Virus record (IMG/VR): IMGVR_UViG_3300043429_000427
DNA from: a virus
Reading direction: 5' to 3' (one strand)
Length of the DNA stretch: 64,000 nt
Position numbers and translations under genes: made by a program. The notes beneath the pieces were generated by a model. It saw only the letters and a program-made list of their open reading frames with translations. It was not told the DNA's origin and did not search any database. Shown piece after piece: positions 21,778 through 31,135 of this stretch; positions within the stretch are counted from its first letter, which is position 1, and each line of letters starts with the position of its first letter.

Positions 21778-22436
21778 ATTTTGTCTTTCAAAAAACTAAT
21801 TGTTTCGTTATGTGCTATTTTAATTGATACTTCTATATCATTTGTTTGTAACATAAAATTGATGAATGCTGATGCAAAGTAATCACCTGCACCTAACACA
21901 TTTACTCCATCTATTGTTTTGTGGTTTGTTATGATTGTAGTACCATCCTTTTTGTAAATCGTACTACCCGAATTACTATGTAATATAACGCAACCTTTTA
22001 TTTTATCCAATAGAACATCCAAGTCAATAATATCTTCATCTGAAATGAATAGATAATCTATATAAGTAAGTATATCCAAATCAAATTTTCCTTTACCAGC
22101 AACATCGGCTGATATGATTGAATTTTGTATAGATTTTACAAACTCTAAATCTTTAATGTGATTTAAGTATAGAATATGACTCCACTTTGCGTCTACTATT
22201 TTTGGTTGATTTACTTTTAGATATAAATTGGGTTTAGATACACGTGTATTGTTATCAGTATCCACATAGATTAAAGCAGTACCAATTGTTGTTGGTTCAA
22301 TGTGTATTGCTAATTTTTGATTGAGTTTAACTAACGCATCCCATACATTTCCGATTGAACCTATGGATGTAGTTTGCTCAAACCCATTAAAGATTATATC
22401 TTTGGTAAGATTACCATATAATGCTACATCTACCAT
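21774..22436 (-). CDS. PfkB/ribokinase-family sugar kinase
   Basis: NVLGAGDYFASAF PfkB signature. Confidence 0.8.
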   Translation of the reverse strand: MVDVALYGNLTKDIIFNGFEQTTSIGSIGNVWDALVKLNQKLAIHIEPTTIGTALIYVDTDNNTRVSKPNLYLKVNQPKIVDAKWSHILYLNHIKDLEFVKSIQNSIISADVAGKGKFDLDILTYIDYLFISDEDIIDLDVLLDKIKGCVILHSNSGSTIYKKDGTTIITNHKTIDGVNVLGAGDYFASAFINFMLQTNDIEVSIKIAHNETISFLKDKI

Positions 22437-22437
22437 A

Positions 22438-22965
22438 TTAAAAAACTTCTTTTTTATCTAATTCGTTTATTTTCTCCATTATTTCATCAAATTCCACAAT
22501 TTCAACAATTTTATGTTGTTCGCAAAACTCAAATAAGGATAAAATTACATTTTCTCCACCATTTTTGGGTAAAGTTATACATTCATCTTTAACCATCAAA
22601 GGAGCATCTTTTGTACAAAACGCATAACCAACTTTACGCATTATACCCAAATCAAACAAATCATCACCCACATAAATCATATCATCAGCAGTACAATTGT
22701 ATGTTTTTTCTAATTCTGGGATAAAATCTGCTTTTTCTTTACCTCTACTTAAATAAGTTGGAATATTTCGGTTTTTACCAATTGCTTCGTTTATATTTGC
22801 ATCACCCGTTAAGAATATAACTGGAATACCCAATGCTTTGAATCGTTTTATAGATGTCCAATCTTTATCTGCAAATGTTTTGGCAAATGGCATACCATCT
22901 ATACCATAGTATTTCTTACCATCGGTCATTACACCATCAACATCTAATACAACTAACTTTATCAT
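22438..22965 (-). CDS. KdsC-like HAD phosphatase
   Basis: LDVDGVMTDG, YVGDDLFD, GGENV motifs. Confidence 0.85.
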   Translation of the reverse strand: MIKLVVLDVDGVMTDGKKYYGIDGMPFAKTFADKDWTSIKRFKALGIPVIFLTGDANINEAIGKNRNIPTYLSRGKEKADFIPELEKTYNCTADDMIYVGDDLFDLGIMRKVGYAFCTKDAPLMVKDECITLPKNGGENVILSLFEFCEQHKIVEIVEFDEIMEKINELDKKEVF

Positions 22966-22967
22966 AC

Positions 22968-23606
22968 TTAAAATAATCTATAAATTTCTTTTAACTCTAA
23001 ATCTCTTTTTAATATTGCTTCAATTTCTTCATTTTTTGATAATTCGGTAGTTGTTGCTGAAATATAACCATTTACCTTAAAATTTGAAATCATAAGATTT
23101 TGTTTTCCTAAATTTCTATTCTTTACAAACAACCAATCATCACCACAATAAATTTTCATAGTATCCGGTATTGGAATCCAATTTGATTTATGAATAAAGA
23201 ACGCAGTTCCAAATCCACCAACTCTACCTTCTATTGGAATTAGTTGTAAATTTGTTTGTTTATCTTCTATTGTATAATTTGCTTCACACATACCAATACA
23301 TGCATACTCTTCTGTAACAAATTGAGATAGTGGAGTCATAACACCCCAATCAAACCAAGTATCATCGTTTAGAACTAATATTTTATCATATTTAGATAAA
23401 CTCACACCTTTATTCCACGCTGGGTTTACAAAGGTGTTTTCTTCTTCTAAAATATAATTTAATTTTTCTAAATTTGGTAAATCGTGCTTAACGCCACTAT
23501 TATCAATCAGAATTATTTCACCAATGATTGGATTATTGTTTAATTCAATTAAAGTTTCCTCTAATCTATCACATTTCCACAATGTGGGTATAATAACTGA
23601 ATACAT
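22968..23606 (-). CDS. Glycosyltransferase family 2
   Basis: SVIIPT, EIILIDNS, AWNKG, LNDD, GDDW motifs. Confidence 0.8.
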   Translation of the reverse strand: MYSVIIPTLWKCDRLEETLIELNNNPIIGEIILIDNSGVKHDLPNLEKLNYILEEENTFVNPAWNKGVSLSKYDKILVLNDDTWFDWGVMTPLSQFVTEEYACIGMCEANYTIEDKQTNLQLIPIEGRVGGFGTAFFIHKSNWIPIPDTMKIYCGDDWLFVKNRNLGKQNLMISNFKVNGYISATTTELSKNEEIEAILKRDLELKEIYRLF

Positions 23607-23608
23607 AT

Positions 23609-24184
23609 CTATTTCTTAAAGTAATCTTTTAATGGTTGAATATCCGTTGAGCAAAGTAATGGTGCGATTTCATTTATAACATTTGTATCTAAATCCCACC
23701 ACTTTAATTCCAATAGAAAATCAACATCTTCTTTACTAAATCTCATTTTTCTAACTCTACCTGGATTTCCAGCAAATATACTATATGGTGGTACATCTTT
23801 TGTTACAACACTATGTGCTCCAATTACTGAACCATCCCCAATCGTAACTCCACTCATAATAACAGCAGATGTTCCAATGTAAACATCATTACCAATTATA
23901 ATATCACCCTTTGTTGATGGGTGACCTTTACCATTAAATGTATGAAATTTATCTTTGTGTATGTGACCAAACGGATAGGTTGTAATCCAATCTGTTCTAT
24001 GATTTCTACCCAAATATACTTTTATATCTGCTGCTATTGAACAAAATTTACCGATTTTAACATCAGCACCGTCCAATACGGCATGTATATTTTTTTCACC
24101 ATATGTAAAATCACCTACTTCCACTATTTTCTTTTTAGGATAGTTAAACCATTGTTGTTTGTAAATCGTTCTGCTATTTCCCAA
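23609..24184 (-). CDS. Hexapeptide-repeat O-acetyltransferase (CatB/Vat-like)
   Basis: IGKFCSIA, IGNDVYIG, GVTIGDGSVIGA, PYSIFAGNP, LKWWD. Confidence 0.85.
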   Translation of the reverse strand: MGNSRTIYKQQWFNYPKKKIVEVGDFTYGEKNIHAVLDGADVKIGKFCSIAADIKVYLGRNHRTDWITTYPFGHIHKDKFHTFNGKGHPSTKGDIIIGNDVYIGTSAVIMSGVTIGDGSVIGAHSVVTKDVPPYSIFAGNPGRVRKMRFSKEDVDFLLELKWWDLDTNVINEIAPLLCSTDIQPLKDYFKK

Positions 24185-24684
24185 TCTGGATTTACTTCCA
24201 AAAACTCTTCAATTGCTTTCCATAATCCTTTACCCTCTTCAAACCAATCATCACCTGATGTATATCGTTCACCGATAAACTCGTAGGATGTTGTATCATG
24301 AAATCCTAAATACTTACGAGCTTTGTTTCCGTGTATTTCTAACTCAATCTTTAATTGGTCATAATGATGTAATGTATCAATGAATAAAAAATCAGTTTCT
24401 TCAATTTCCAAATCACGAGTATCCGCTTGCTGAAAGGAATAGTTGATATTATTTTCATTTGCCAATTCTACAAATGTACCTAAACTTGGACATGGGTTGT
24501 AATCGTATGAAATTAAAGTTTCCGGCTTACCCATTAAAAATGCGTAAGTAGATGTACCATATCGTACACCCATTTCGGTAATATGTTTACATTCTTCCGA
24601 GTATCTTTTTAATGTAGGTAAATGCTCGTTTATATCAGATGGTATTGAGCATTTTTGCTCGTAAATCGCTTGTAGTGCTGACAT
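24124..24684 (-). CDS. Class I SAM-dependent methyltransferase
   Basis: EMGVRYGTST, DFLFIDTLH, GFHDT motifs. Confidence 0.75.
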   Translation of the reverse strand: MSALQAIYEQKCSIPSDINEHLPTLKRYSEECKHITEMGVRYGTSTYAFLMGKPETLISYDYNPCPSLGTFVELANENNINYSFQQADTRDLEIEETDFLFIDTLHHYDQLKIELEIHGNKARKYLGFHDTTSYEFIGERYTSGDDWFEEGKGLWKAIEEFLEVNPDWEIAERFTNNNGLTILKRK

Positions 24685-25600
24685 TTTTAATTGTTAATTC
24701 GTTAATAAAAGGTAAAATTGCCAACTCTTTGGCTTTTGCTTCAACCATAACATCTACATCAATGTTGTAGGTATCGGGTAGATTTGTAATATAATCACTA
24801 TGTGCTTGTGGTTTTAGTTTTGCATCATTTTCGTGCAATGATTTACTTTCTGAATAGTGCACAACCGGCTTAACACCTGATTTATTCCAAGTAGATACAG
24901 CAAGAATAAGAGCTTGTTGTTCGGATAAATCGCCTGTACAAAACTGATGGTGATGGTAATCAAATACAATTGGAATACCGATACGATTATGAATATACAT
25001 TAAATCTTTTACAGAGTACATACTAGCTTTATCGTCATTCTCCACAGTCAATCGTTTCTTTACCGAATCCGAGAGTTTCTCGAAGTTCTCACAGAATCTA
25101 TCCATAGCAGATTGTTTATCTCCGTAGACACCATTACAATGAATATTAATCTTATTGTATGGAGATAATTCTAAACCCATTAAATCAAACACTTTACCAT
25201 GTAGTTCTAAATCTACAATTGTGTTTTGAACTACTTTTGGGTTTGGTGAAACTAATACATTGAATGGACCTGGGTGAGATGTAATACGCAAACCATTTTC
25301 TTTAGCATAAGTACCACATCCTTTGAGTACATTTGCAATTTTTGTATAATCTGGTAAATCTTCTAAATTATATTCACTACCCCAAGGAAATACATCGGAT
25401 GAAATACGAAATATTTTAATTCCATTCTTTACATTCCATTTGATAATCTCAAATAGGTCACGCGCATTCTGCAATCCTAATTCGGAAGCATAAGCAATAC
25501 CACGTTCGTTAAATGTTTTTTTGACCATACTACGATTGGTAGTAATACGAGGAGTTTGAGCTCCTAATGTCATATTGATACAAGCGTAACCTAAATTCAT
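24635..25600 (-). CDS. uvsE: UV DNA damage endonuclease
   Basis: LGYACIN, FRISS, HPGPF, LTVENDD, FDYHHH, HYSES, AHSDY, MVEAKAKE. Confidence 0.92.
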   Translation of the reverse strand: MNLGYACINMTLGAQTPRITTNRSMVKKTFNERGIAYASELGLQNARDLFEIIKWNVKNGIKIFRISSDVFPWGSEYNLEDLPDYTKIANVLKGCGTYAKENGLRITSHPGPFNVLVSPNPKVVQNTIVDLELHGKVFDLMGLELSPYNKINIHCNGVYGDKQSAMDRFCENFEKLSDSVKKRLTVENDDKASMYSVKDLMYIHNRIGIPIVFDYHHHQFCTGDLSEQQALILAVSTWNKSGVKPVVHYSESKSLHENDAKLKPQAHSDYITNLPDTYNIDVDVMVEAKAKELAILPFINELTIKNVSTTSDLRAKMLNTI

Positions 25601-25661
25601 ATTTTATAGTTTATAGTTTAACTGAAAACCAAATATACAAATAATTTTTGAGAAATCCTAA

Positions 25662-25901
25662 TTAAATTTCCCATTTATTTTCAGGACAAGCTGTTTTTTC
25701 TGGTACGAATACTTTTGCTTTTAAAACACAACCGCATTGTCCACATATTTTAATTTTTCCAAAAATATCACCCGATTCGGTTATAAAAGGACAAGTATTA
25801 CAAGTTTCCAAACGCTTGGCTGCAATGGCTGATTGTTCGGTTGTTGGGTCTACCATAACCCTATACGCATTAAATATTTCCTTTATTTTAGATAAGTTCA
25901 T
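25662..25901 (-). CDS. Small Cys-rich protein
   Basis: RLETCNTCP..CGQCGC..K..CP..KW. Confidence 0.55.
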   Translation of the reverse strand: MNLSKIKEIFNAYRVMVDPTTEQSAIAAKRLETCNTCPFITESGDIFGKIKICGQCGCVLKAKVFVPEKTACPENKWEI

Positions 25902-25902
25902 A

Positions 25903-26949
25903 TTAATAATTTTTTGATGTAAAGTCTTCGTTTTCTTTTAATTTATCCAATTCTTTTTGATTTCCATTATAAGTACGCATCCAATACTTTATAGCATGTC
26001 TATCATTAATCCATAATGATTTATTATCCCAATCAAAATCAGGCAAAGTATAATATGGCGCCTTTGGTGTAATTGAGACGGTTTCTTCTGAAATTGGCAC
26101 TTCTTCTTCAATTTGAGTTTCTACAACTTCCTCATCTCCGTAAATTTCATAGTTTTTATCAGCTAGGTCGGTAGCTAGGTCGTTTGATGGTTCTTCAACA
26201 ATTTTTTTAGGTTTTTTCTTTGCATCTTGCTCTAATGCGGTGTTAAATGCAATCAAAAGCGTTACCGCCATCGGGTCAAACACAAAAATTAGTAAAAATA
26301 TGAAGAATTTTACAACTGAATTGATTGGTAAATCAAATGCTTCGGCAATAAATTTAAATCCGCCGATTTCTCTTTCCAAATCTAGGTTATTATTCTTAAT
26401 TTCGTTGATTTTTATGTTCCAAACTGCTATTGAGTCATTCAAAACACCAATTTTAGTAGATAATTTGTTAATTTGCTTATCTCTGTTATCAATTGAACGG
26501 ATTAATCGGTTATTTACCTTACCACTACCCAATAAAGTACCTGAATTTTGTTGTAGATTACCCATTTGTGAGTTAAGTTGGGTAATTTGTTGCTCATTTT
26601 GAGTAATTTTACTCTGAAATACACCAATTTCTCTAGTAACCACATCACTTTTTAAGGATGTTGATTGATATGCGTTTGATAAGAACCCAAAAATACCCGC
26701 AGATGTGATTATAACCAATATAAGAACACCCAAAAGTAGGTATGTTCTCAATAATTTGTTAGTTTCTTTCCAAAATCGGTGCAAATAAGACGCAGCTATA
26801 AGTTTAGCAATCTCCAATGATGTTCCCATCACCCCAACTGCTAAACTTGCGCCACTAAATAATAATGCTAAACCTGTTACTGAAAAGAATGCTGCACATC
26901 CGGCAACTGCGAGTGCCGCTAATCCAACTAATAAAGTAAATGGTTTCAT
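25903..26949 (-). CDS. Multi-pass membrane protein with coiled coil
   Basis: Three N-terminal TM helices, coiled coil, then IFVFDPMAV TM segment. Confidence 0.6.
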   Translation of the reverse strand: MKPFTLLVGLAALAVAGCAAFFSVTGLALLFSGASLAVGVMGTSLEIAKLIAASYLHRFWKETNKLLRTYLLLGVLILVIITSAGIFGFLSNAYQSTSLKSDVVTREIGVFQSKITQNEQQITQLNSQMGNLQQNSGTLLGSGKVNNRLIRSIDNRDKQINKLSTKIGVLNDSIAVWNIKINEIKNNNLDLEREIGGFKFIAEAFDLPINSVVKFFIFLLIFVFDPMAVTLLIAFNTALEQDAKKKPKKIVEEPSNDLATDLADKNYEIYGDEEVVETQIEEEVPISEETVSITPKAPYYTLPDFDWDNKSLWINDRHAIKYWMRTYNGNQKELDKLKENEDFTSKNY

Positions 26950-26955
26950 TTGTGT

Positions 26956-27147
26956 TTAGTATGGTCCTTCGTTATTCTCTAAATCAACTAGCTCTCTAAT
27001 CTTTTGAGAGGTATAGCCAATTTCTTCAATTAACTTAATTGCATCTGCTTGGGTTGCTTGCGTTTCACCTTTAGCTATTTTCATTAAGTAATCTTTACGA
27101 ACGTCCACTCTTGATAATAATTCTCTAACTTGGTCTCTGTATTTCAT
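26956..27147 (-). CDS. Hypothetical protein
   Basis: 63 aa ORF with ATACTTATA motif upstream. Confidence 0.45.
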   Translation of the reverse strand: MKYRDQVRELLSRVDVRKDYLMKIAKGETQATQADAIKLIEEIGYTSQKIRELVDLENNEGPY

Positions 27148-27229
27148 AAAACATTTCTTTATTATAAGTATTATAAAAAATAAAAGGGTAGAAAATCCAC
27201 CCTCTTATTACAAATATACGAAACAAATT

Positions 27230-27613
27230 TTACTTTAACAACTTTATTGGTAGTTTTTTTGCTAATGTATCCTCTTTCTTTGGAATAACGATTAAAAGGA
27301 TACCATTTTTGATTGAGCACTCTGCCTTTTCTAAATCGTAATCTTTGTTGATTGTAATTGTATCATCAATTTCTTTGATTAAATTGGATTGGATACTCTC
27401 AACATCTTCTTTTTTAGCCTTTACCTTTAAAACATTGTTGTTGGCTTCTACTGTAACATCTTGTTGTCCATATCCCAGCACAGAATAGGCAATTTCTAAT
27501 TGTACATCATCTTTTGATTGATATACCGCGTTGTGTGATAAACGAACTACCGAAGATTTTTCGGTTGTTGGTGTGTTTTGTAATCTACTCATTTCTTGTA
27601 ATAATTCAAACAT
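27230..27613 (-). CDS. Small heat-shock protein (Hsp20/alpha-crystallin)
   Basis: VLGY..DVTV..NNVLKV, YDLEKAECSIKNGILLIVIPK. Confidence 0.85.
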   Translation of the reverse strand: MFELLQEMSRLQNTPTTEKSSVVRLSHNAVYQSKDDVQLEIAYSVLGYGQQDVTVEANNNVLKVKAKKEDVESIQSNLIKEIDDTITINKDYDLEKAECSIKNGILLIVIPKKEDTLAKKLPIKLLK

Positions 27614-27659
27614 AGTATTTTTATTTTTAGGTTAAACAATTAAATTATACCAACATAAT

Positions 27660-27700
27660 ATCAATTGTTGTACCAATTATAAAACCCTGACAATTTGTCA
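27660..27700 (-). promoter_or_regulatory. Palindrome TGACAAATTGTCA plus sigma54-like -24/-12 element upstream of hsp20
   Basis: TGACA-N3-TGTCA at 27688-27700; TGGTACAACAATTGAT at 27675-27660 versus consensus TGGCAC-N5-TTGC. Confidence 0.45.
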
Positions 27701-27703
27701 TAA

Positions 27704-28348
27704 TTATTCATTAGTTTGTGACTCAATTACAGTGCTCATGTGGTCAGCCCAATGCATAATGTAAGGAATTTTATATTTCATTCGCTTGGTAGTATCAAAT
27801 ACTTTCAAATACTTAACATTATCTTCGTCATACATACCATCTGTAAGTTTCATCCCAAAGTATTCAGCTTCTGAAACTTCAATACCATATTGTTGTAATA
27901 AAAACATAGTTCTATCCGTATGAGTCATATGAGATAACTCTGGATTAGGGATATAAACTTTACCTTGATTCTTTACATGCCATTCGGATTGATTTACAAC
28001 ATAGTATGGTTTTCCTTTTGTACCCAATTTACCCAAGTCGTGATGTAATGCACAAAAGATTAGTTCTTCATCGGTAAAGTCAGTGTCACCACCCATAGAT
28101 ACAAATAGTTCCTTTACTTTTAAAGCATTCTTACATACATTAAAAATATGGTCAATGTATCCACCTTCATAGCAATTATGGTATCCCTTATTTCCGCTTG
28201 CAGGTGAAAGAGCTAAACTAATTCCCAATTCTTCTTCGGAATACATTCGTAATAGTTTTTCTAATCTATCACCAGTAAAATATTTGTTGATGATACCAAT
28301 AAATCTTTCGTAATTTTTTTGTAATTGCTCGTCTGTGTATTTTTTCAT
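27704..28348 (-). CDS. HD-domain phosphohydrolase
   Basis: YHNCYEGGYIDH, ALHHDLGK, HWADH. Confidence 0.8.
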   Translation of the reverse strand: MKKYTDEQLQKNYERFIGIINKYFTGDRLEKLLRMYSEEELGISLALSPASGNKGYHNCYEGGYIDHIFNVCKNALKVKELFVSMGGDTDFTDEELIFCALHHDLGKLGTKGKPYYVVNQSEWHVKNQGKVYIPNPELSHMTHTDRTMFLLQQYGIEVSEAEYFGMKLTDGMYDEDNVKYLKVFDTTKRMKYKIPYIMHWADHMSTVIESQTNE

Positions 28349-28350
28349 AA

Positions 28351-28677
28351 CTATTTTTTCTTTTGTACTAAATCTTCTTGTGTAATTATCTTATAAAGTA
28401 ACTCTACATCTTCTTCGGTTTCCAACAAAGGTAGTTCGCCATAATCAAATACGGAAATTTTATATTCACCTTTTTTTACACCAATAATGTTACATTCATC
28501 GGATGCAGTTGATAATAGAGCTGGTCTAGCACTCATATCTCCTTCCCAATTATTGGGTAATGGCAAAATATAGTAGTGATAAACTTCACCAGTTTCCTCA
28601 CTTTCTTCTTCGTGTTTGATAGCATTCCATTTTTTAAAGGAAGCATCTGTAATAGGTGTTTTTGGAAATGTTAGCAT
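28351..28677 (-). CDS. Hypothetical protein
   Basis: 108 aa; TAACTTTG promoter upstream; resembles 57374..57652 (ITE..F, YYY.L, LLS.A.DE). Confidence 0.5.
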   Translation of the reverse strand: MLTFPKTPITDASFKKWNAIKHEEESEETGEVYHYYILPLPNNWEGDMSARPALLSTASDECNIIGVKKGEYKISVFDYGELPLLETEEDVELLYKIITQEDLVQKKK

Positions 28678-28750
28678 GAAATAATTGACATCTTTAATTT
28701 GAACTCAAAGTTACAAAATTTTGAGCACATTGTCAAATAATTTCAGACAT

Positions 28751-29164
28751 TTATTTTTGAGTTGTTACCAATGTAGGTTCAGTTTGTTTTTTAGCTCTTT
28801 TTCTTTTTGGTTTTACAGCTATTAACTCTTTAACTTTAAGGTCAGCAATAAGGTCTCTGATTTCAGCGCATATTTCATACTCTTCCGTTTTTTCATAGTA
28901 TTTAATTATTTGAGCTAAAAACAAAGTATAATCCTTTGATTTGATAGTTGCATAGATTTTTGTTTCTTGAAATCGTAGGATAGCAACCTCATCCAGCTTA
29001 TGTTCAAGTGAATACTTTATAGTATCGTAAAGATGTGGGAATATAGTATCTTTATTATCGGAAATATATTTCTTAACGGATTCCGAAGCATCCTCTCCAA
29101 AATAATCTTTCCAGTCAACTTTAGCGTACATATCCGTAATTTTTAATAACTTTCGTACATCCAT
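28751..29164 (-). CDS. Hypothetical protein with UVR-like helix
   Basis: YEKTEEYEICAEIRD resembles the UvrB/C interaction motif. Confidence 0.45.
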   Translation of the reverse strand: MDVRKLLKITDMYAKVDWKDYFGEDASESVKKYISDNKDTIFPHLYDTIKYSLEHKLDEVAILRFQETKIYATIKSKDYTLFLAQIIKYYEKTEEYEICAEIRDLIADLKVKELIAVKPKRKRAKKQTEPTLVTTQK

Positions 29165-29192
29165 ATTCTTTCAATAAATATAAAGCGTTTGA

Positions 29193-30788
29193 TTAAAACT
29201 TTAAGAAATCTGAATTTGCGGATTTTAAAGTATCTACTGTTTGGGTTGCTGCGTTTTTAATCATATTTAATCCTTCACCTATACTAACATTTCCTATTGT
29301 TGAAATTGTTGATTTACCAAATTCTGCTACATTACTTACTTTATTAGATATACCTTTTGCCTGTGATGCTAATGATACAACATTTGATTGTGCTTGCGAT
29401 GCTAATGATGTAGCTTTATTAGCTATATTTTTTGCTTGTGATTGGGCTTGTGATGCCAAAGTTGTAACTTTTCCAATTGCGTTTTGCGCATTATTGGCAG
29501 CATCTTGAACTTTATCCAAAGCGTTTCCAGCTGAATCTATTGTTTCACCTAATGCTTTCAGTTTAATAAGATTTCTTTTTGGTATAACAATCGCTTTAGC
29601 TGGATTTTTTATTTCAATTTTTGGTATTACTGGCTTTTTAAATATACTAATTACATTACTAACGGCTCCGGTTGCAGTATCCTTTGCATTAGATAATCCA
29701 CCTTGAATACCTGCAGAAAGTGCCGCAGCTCCGGCTTGTGCTTGGGCTTGCGCATTTGCACCGGCAATAAGTGCCATATTTTTAAATTCTTCGGCTTGCT
29801 TTAATGCTTTTTGTGCTTTTAATTGTGCAACTTTATCTACACCAGCACTAATACCACCTACTAAAGCCGCTCCTGCGGCTAATCCACCAGTAAACGATGA
29901 TAATCCAGCCAAATTTCTACTTACACCATTTATTAAATTCGTATCTACCCCAAGTCCATCAATAATTTTACCTACCGATTGTAATAAATTTGTATTTGGT
30001 GCGCCTTTTGTATCGGATGTTATATTTTTTGAATAAACTGAATTTACTTCTTGTAAACTTTTACCTGCGAAATCTTTTATAAAATCATTTAATTGGCTAA
30101 CTGCACCAAATGTATTAGATTCTAATGATATGTTTGATGTACTATTTAATAAACCTTCCTTAAATTTACCAGCCGAATCAAAATATTCTGTTTCATATAA
30201 ATAAGACCCTTTGATTCTACTACTGGAGTAATTCCGCGCGTTTACAATATTTTCGGTAACTAATTCTACATTTTTTTCTACAAATATAACCTCATCTTGC
30301 TCATCAAATAAAAATAAAATTTGTTTTATTATTGACTCATCATCCGGTTGTCCCGATTCCTTAAACCCAGCGTAATTGGTAATTGATGTTACGCCAGCAT
30401 CTTCCAATTTAGATAAAATAGCAGAACCTTTTGGTTTTTCAAATTTATCTTTTAAATATTTTATTAAAGAGCTACCGGTACTTGTAAAATCTAATTTAAT
30501 TACAGTAATTTGGTCAATTGTATAATATGGATTATTTTCATTATATGCGATTTGTAAATCCTTATAGATGTGTTGTGGTATATATATATTTTGAGGAAAA
30601 TCTCCACCAACTATTTGAATACCAAAGTTTACATTTTTTTTTGGAGATACAAACACTTTATAATTGAGTTGTGCATCCGGATTTTTTGTTGGTAATACAA
30701 TATTGTTTACTTCAAAATCACCCTGCAACTCAATACTTTCTCTATCTCCTGGAAGATAAAACCCATATGTGTTTGTTACATTCTTCAC
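29193..30788 (-). CDS. Hypothetical protein with Ala/Gln/Ser-rich repeats
   Basis: 531 aa; LASQA repeats in the C-terminal half. Confidence 0.5.
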   Translation of the reverse strand: MKNVTNTYGFYLPGDRESIELQGDFEVNNIVLPTKNPDAQLNYKVFVSPKKNVNFGIQIVGGDFPQNIYIPQHIYKDLQIAYNENNPYYTIDQITVIKLDFTSTGSSLIKYLKDKFEKPKGSAILSKLEDAGVTSITNYAGFKESGQPDDESIIKQILFLFDEQDEVIFVEKNVELVTENIVNARNYSSSRIKGSYLYETEYFDSAGKFKEGLLNSTSNISLESNTFGAVSQLNDFIKDFAGKSLQEVNSVYSKNITSDTKGAPNTNLLQSVGKIIDGLGVDTNLINGVSRNLAGLSSFTGGLAAGAALVGGISAGVDKVAQLKAQKALKQAEEFKNMALIAGANAQAQAQAGAAALSAGIQGGLSNAKDTATGAVSNVISIFKKPVIPKIEIKNPAKAIVIPKRNLIKLKALGETIDSAGNALDKVQDAANNAQNAIGKVTTLASQAQSQAKNIANKATSLASQAQSNVVSLASQAKGISNKVSNVAEFGKSTISTIGNVSIGEGLNMIKNAATQTVDTLKSANSDFLKF

Positions 30789-30790
30789 TA

Positions 30791-30925
30791 TTATCTACCT
30801 TGTCCTCTATACTTCTTTGGTTTTTCTTCGTATTTACCATACGATTTCTTTGCCTTACCTTTACCTCTCTTACCGAAAGTTACTTTTTTGTTGCTAGAAC
30901 CAACACTTACTTTAGCTTTTGCCAT
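30791..30925 (-). CDS. Small basic protein (44 aa, ends KKYRGQGR)
   Basis: Hand-translated MAKAKVSVGSSNKKVTFGKRGKGKAKKSYGKYEEKPKKYRGQGR; ATATTTATA motif upstream; fills the gap exactly. Confidence 0.7.
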   Translation of the reverse strand: MAKAKVSVGSSNKKVTFGKRGKGKAKKSYGKYEEKPKKYRGQGR

Positions 30926-30970
30926 AGTCTTAATTATTATAGGTTTATTTCCTATAAATATCGCAGACAC

Positions 30971-31004
30971 AAAAAAAGTAGTAGATAAAATCCACTACTT
31001 TTTT
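30971..31004 (-). terminator. Intrinsic (possibly bidirectional) terminator
   Basis: AAAAAAGTAGTGGA TTTTA TCTACTACTTTTTTT on the minus strand. Confidence 0.8.
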
Positions 31005-31135
31005 ATAATCGAGTTAAACATAAAATCTTTTGTACGGGAGGTTGGTGGGGGTTCGGCTTTGTTTCTTTGGGAGTAACTATGGACCAAATTGTTGTCCCCA
31101 CCAACATCGTACTTTATCGTAACCTTAATTTGTAT
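30971..31135 (-). ncRNA. Candidate structured small RNA
   Basis: Own TTTG..TATCTTTG promoter (31140-31171) and terminator; nested stems GTACG/CGTAC, GTTGGTGGGG/CCCCACCAAC, TTTGG/CCAAA. Confidence 0.55.

Noticed and set aside
23609-24184. Antibiotic-resistance gene (catB/vat)
   Set aside because: Same fold, but it sits inside a sugar-modification cluster, so a sugar O-acetyltransferase is more parsimonious
18547-28348. Bacterial chromosomal segment or prophage boundary
   Set aside because: Host-like genes share strand, packing, promoter motifs and GATC avoidance with the phage genes; no integrase or att site seen
28351-28677. Member of the LTIxN family (starts MLTF)
   Set aside because: Lacks the IxN and downstream pattern; resembles 57374..57652 instead
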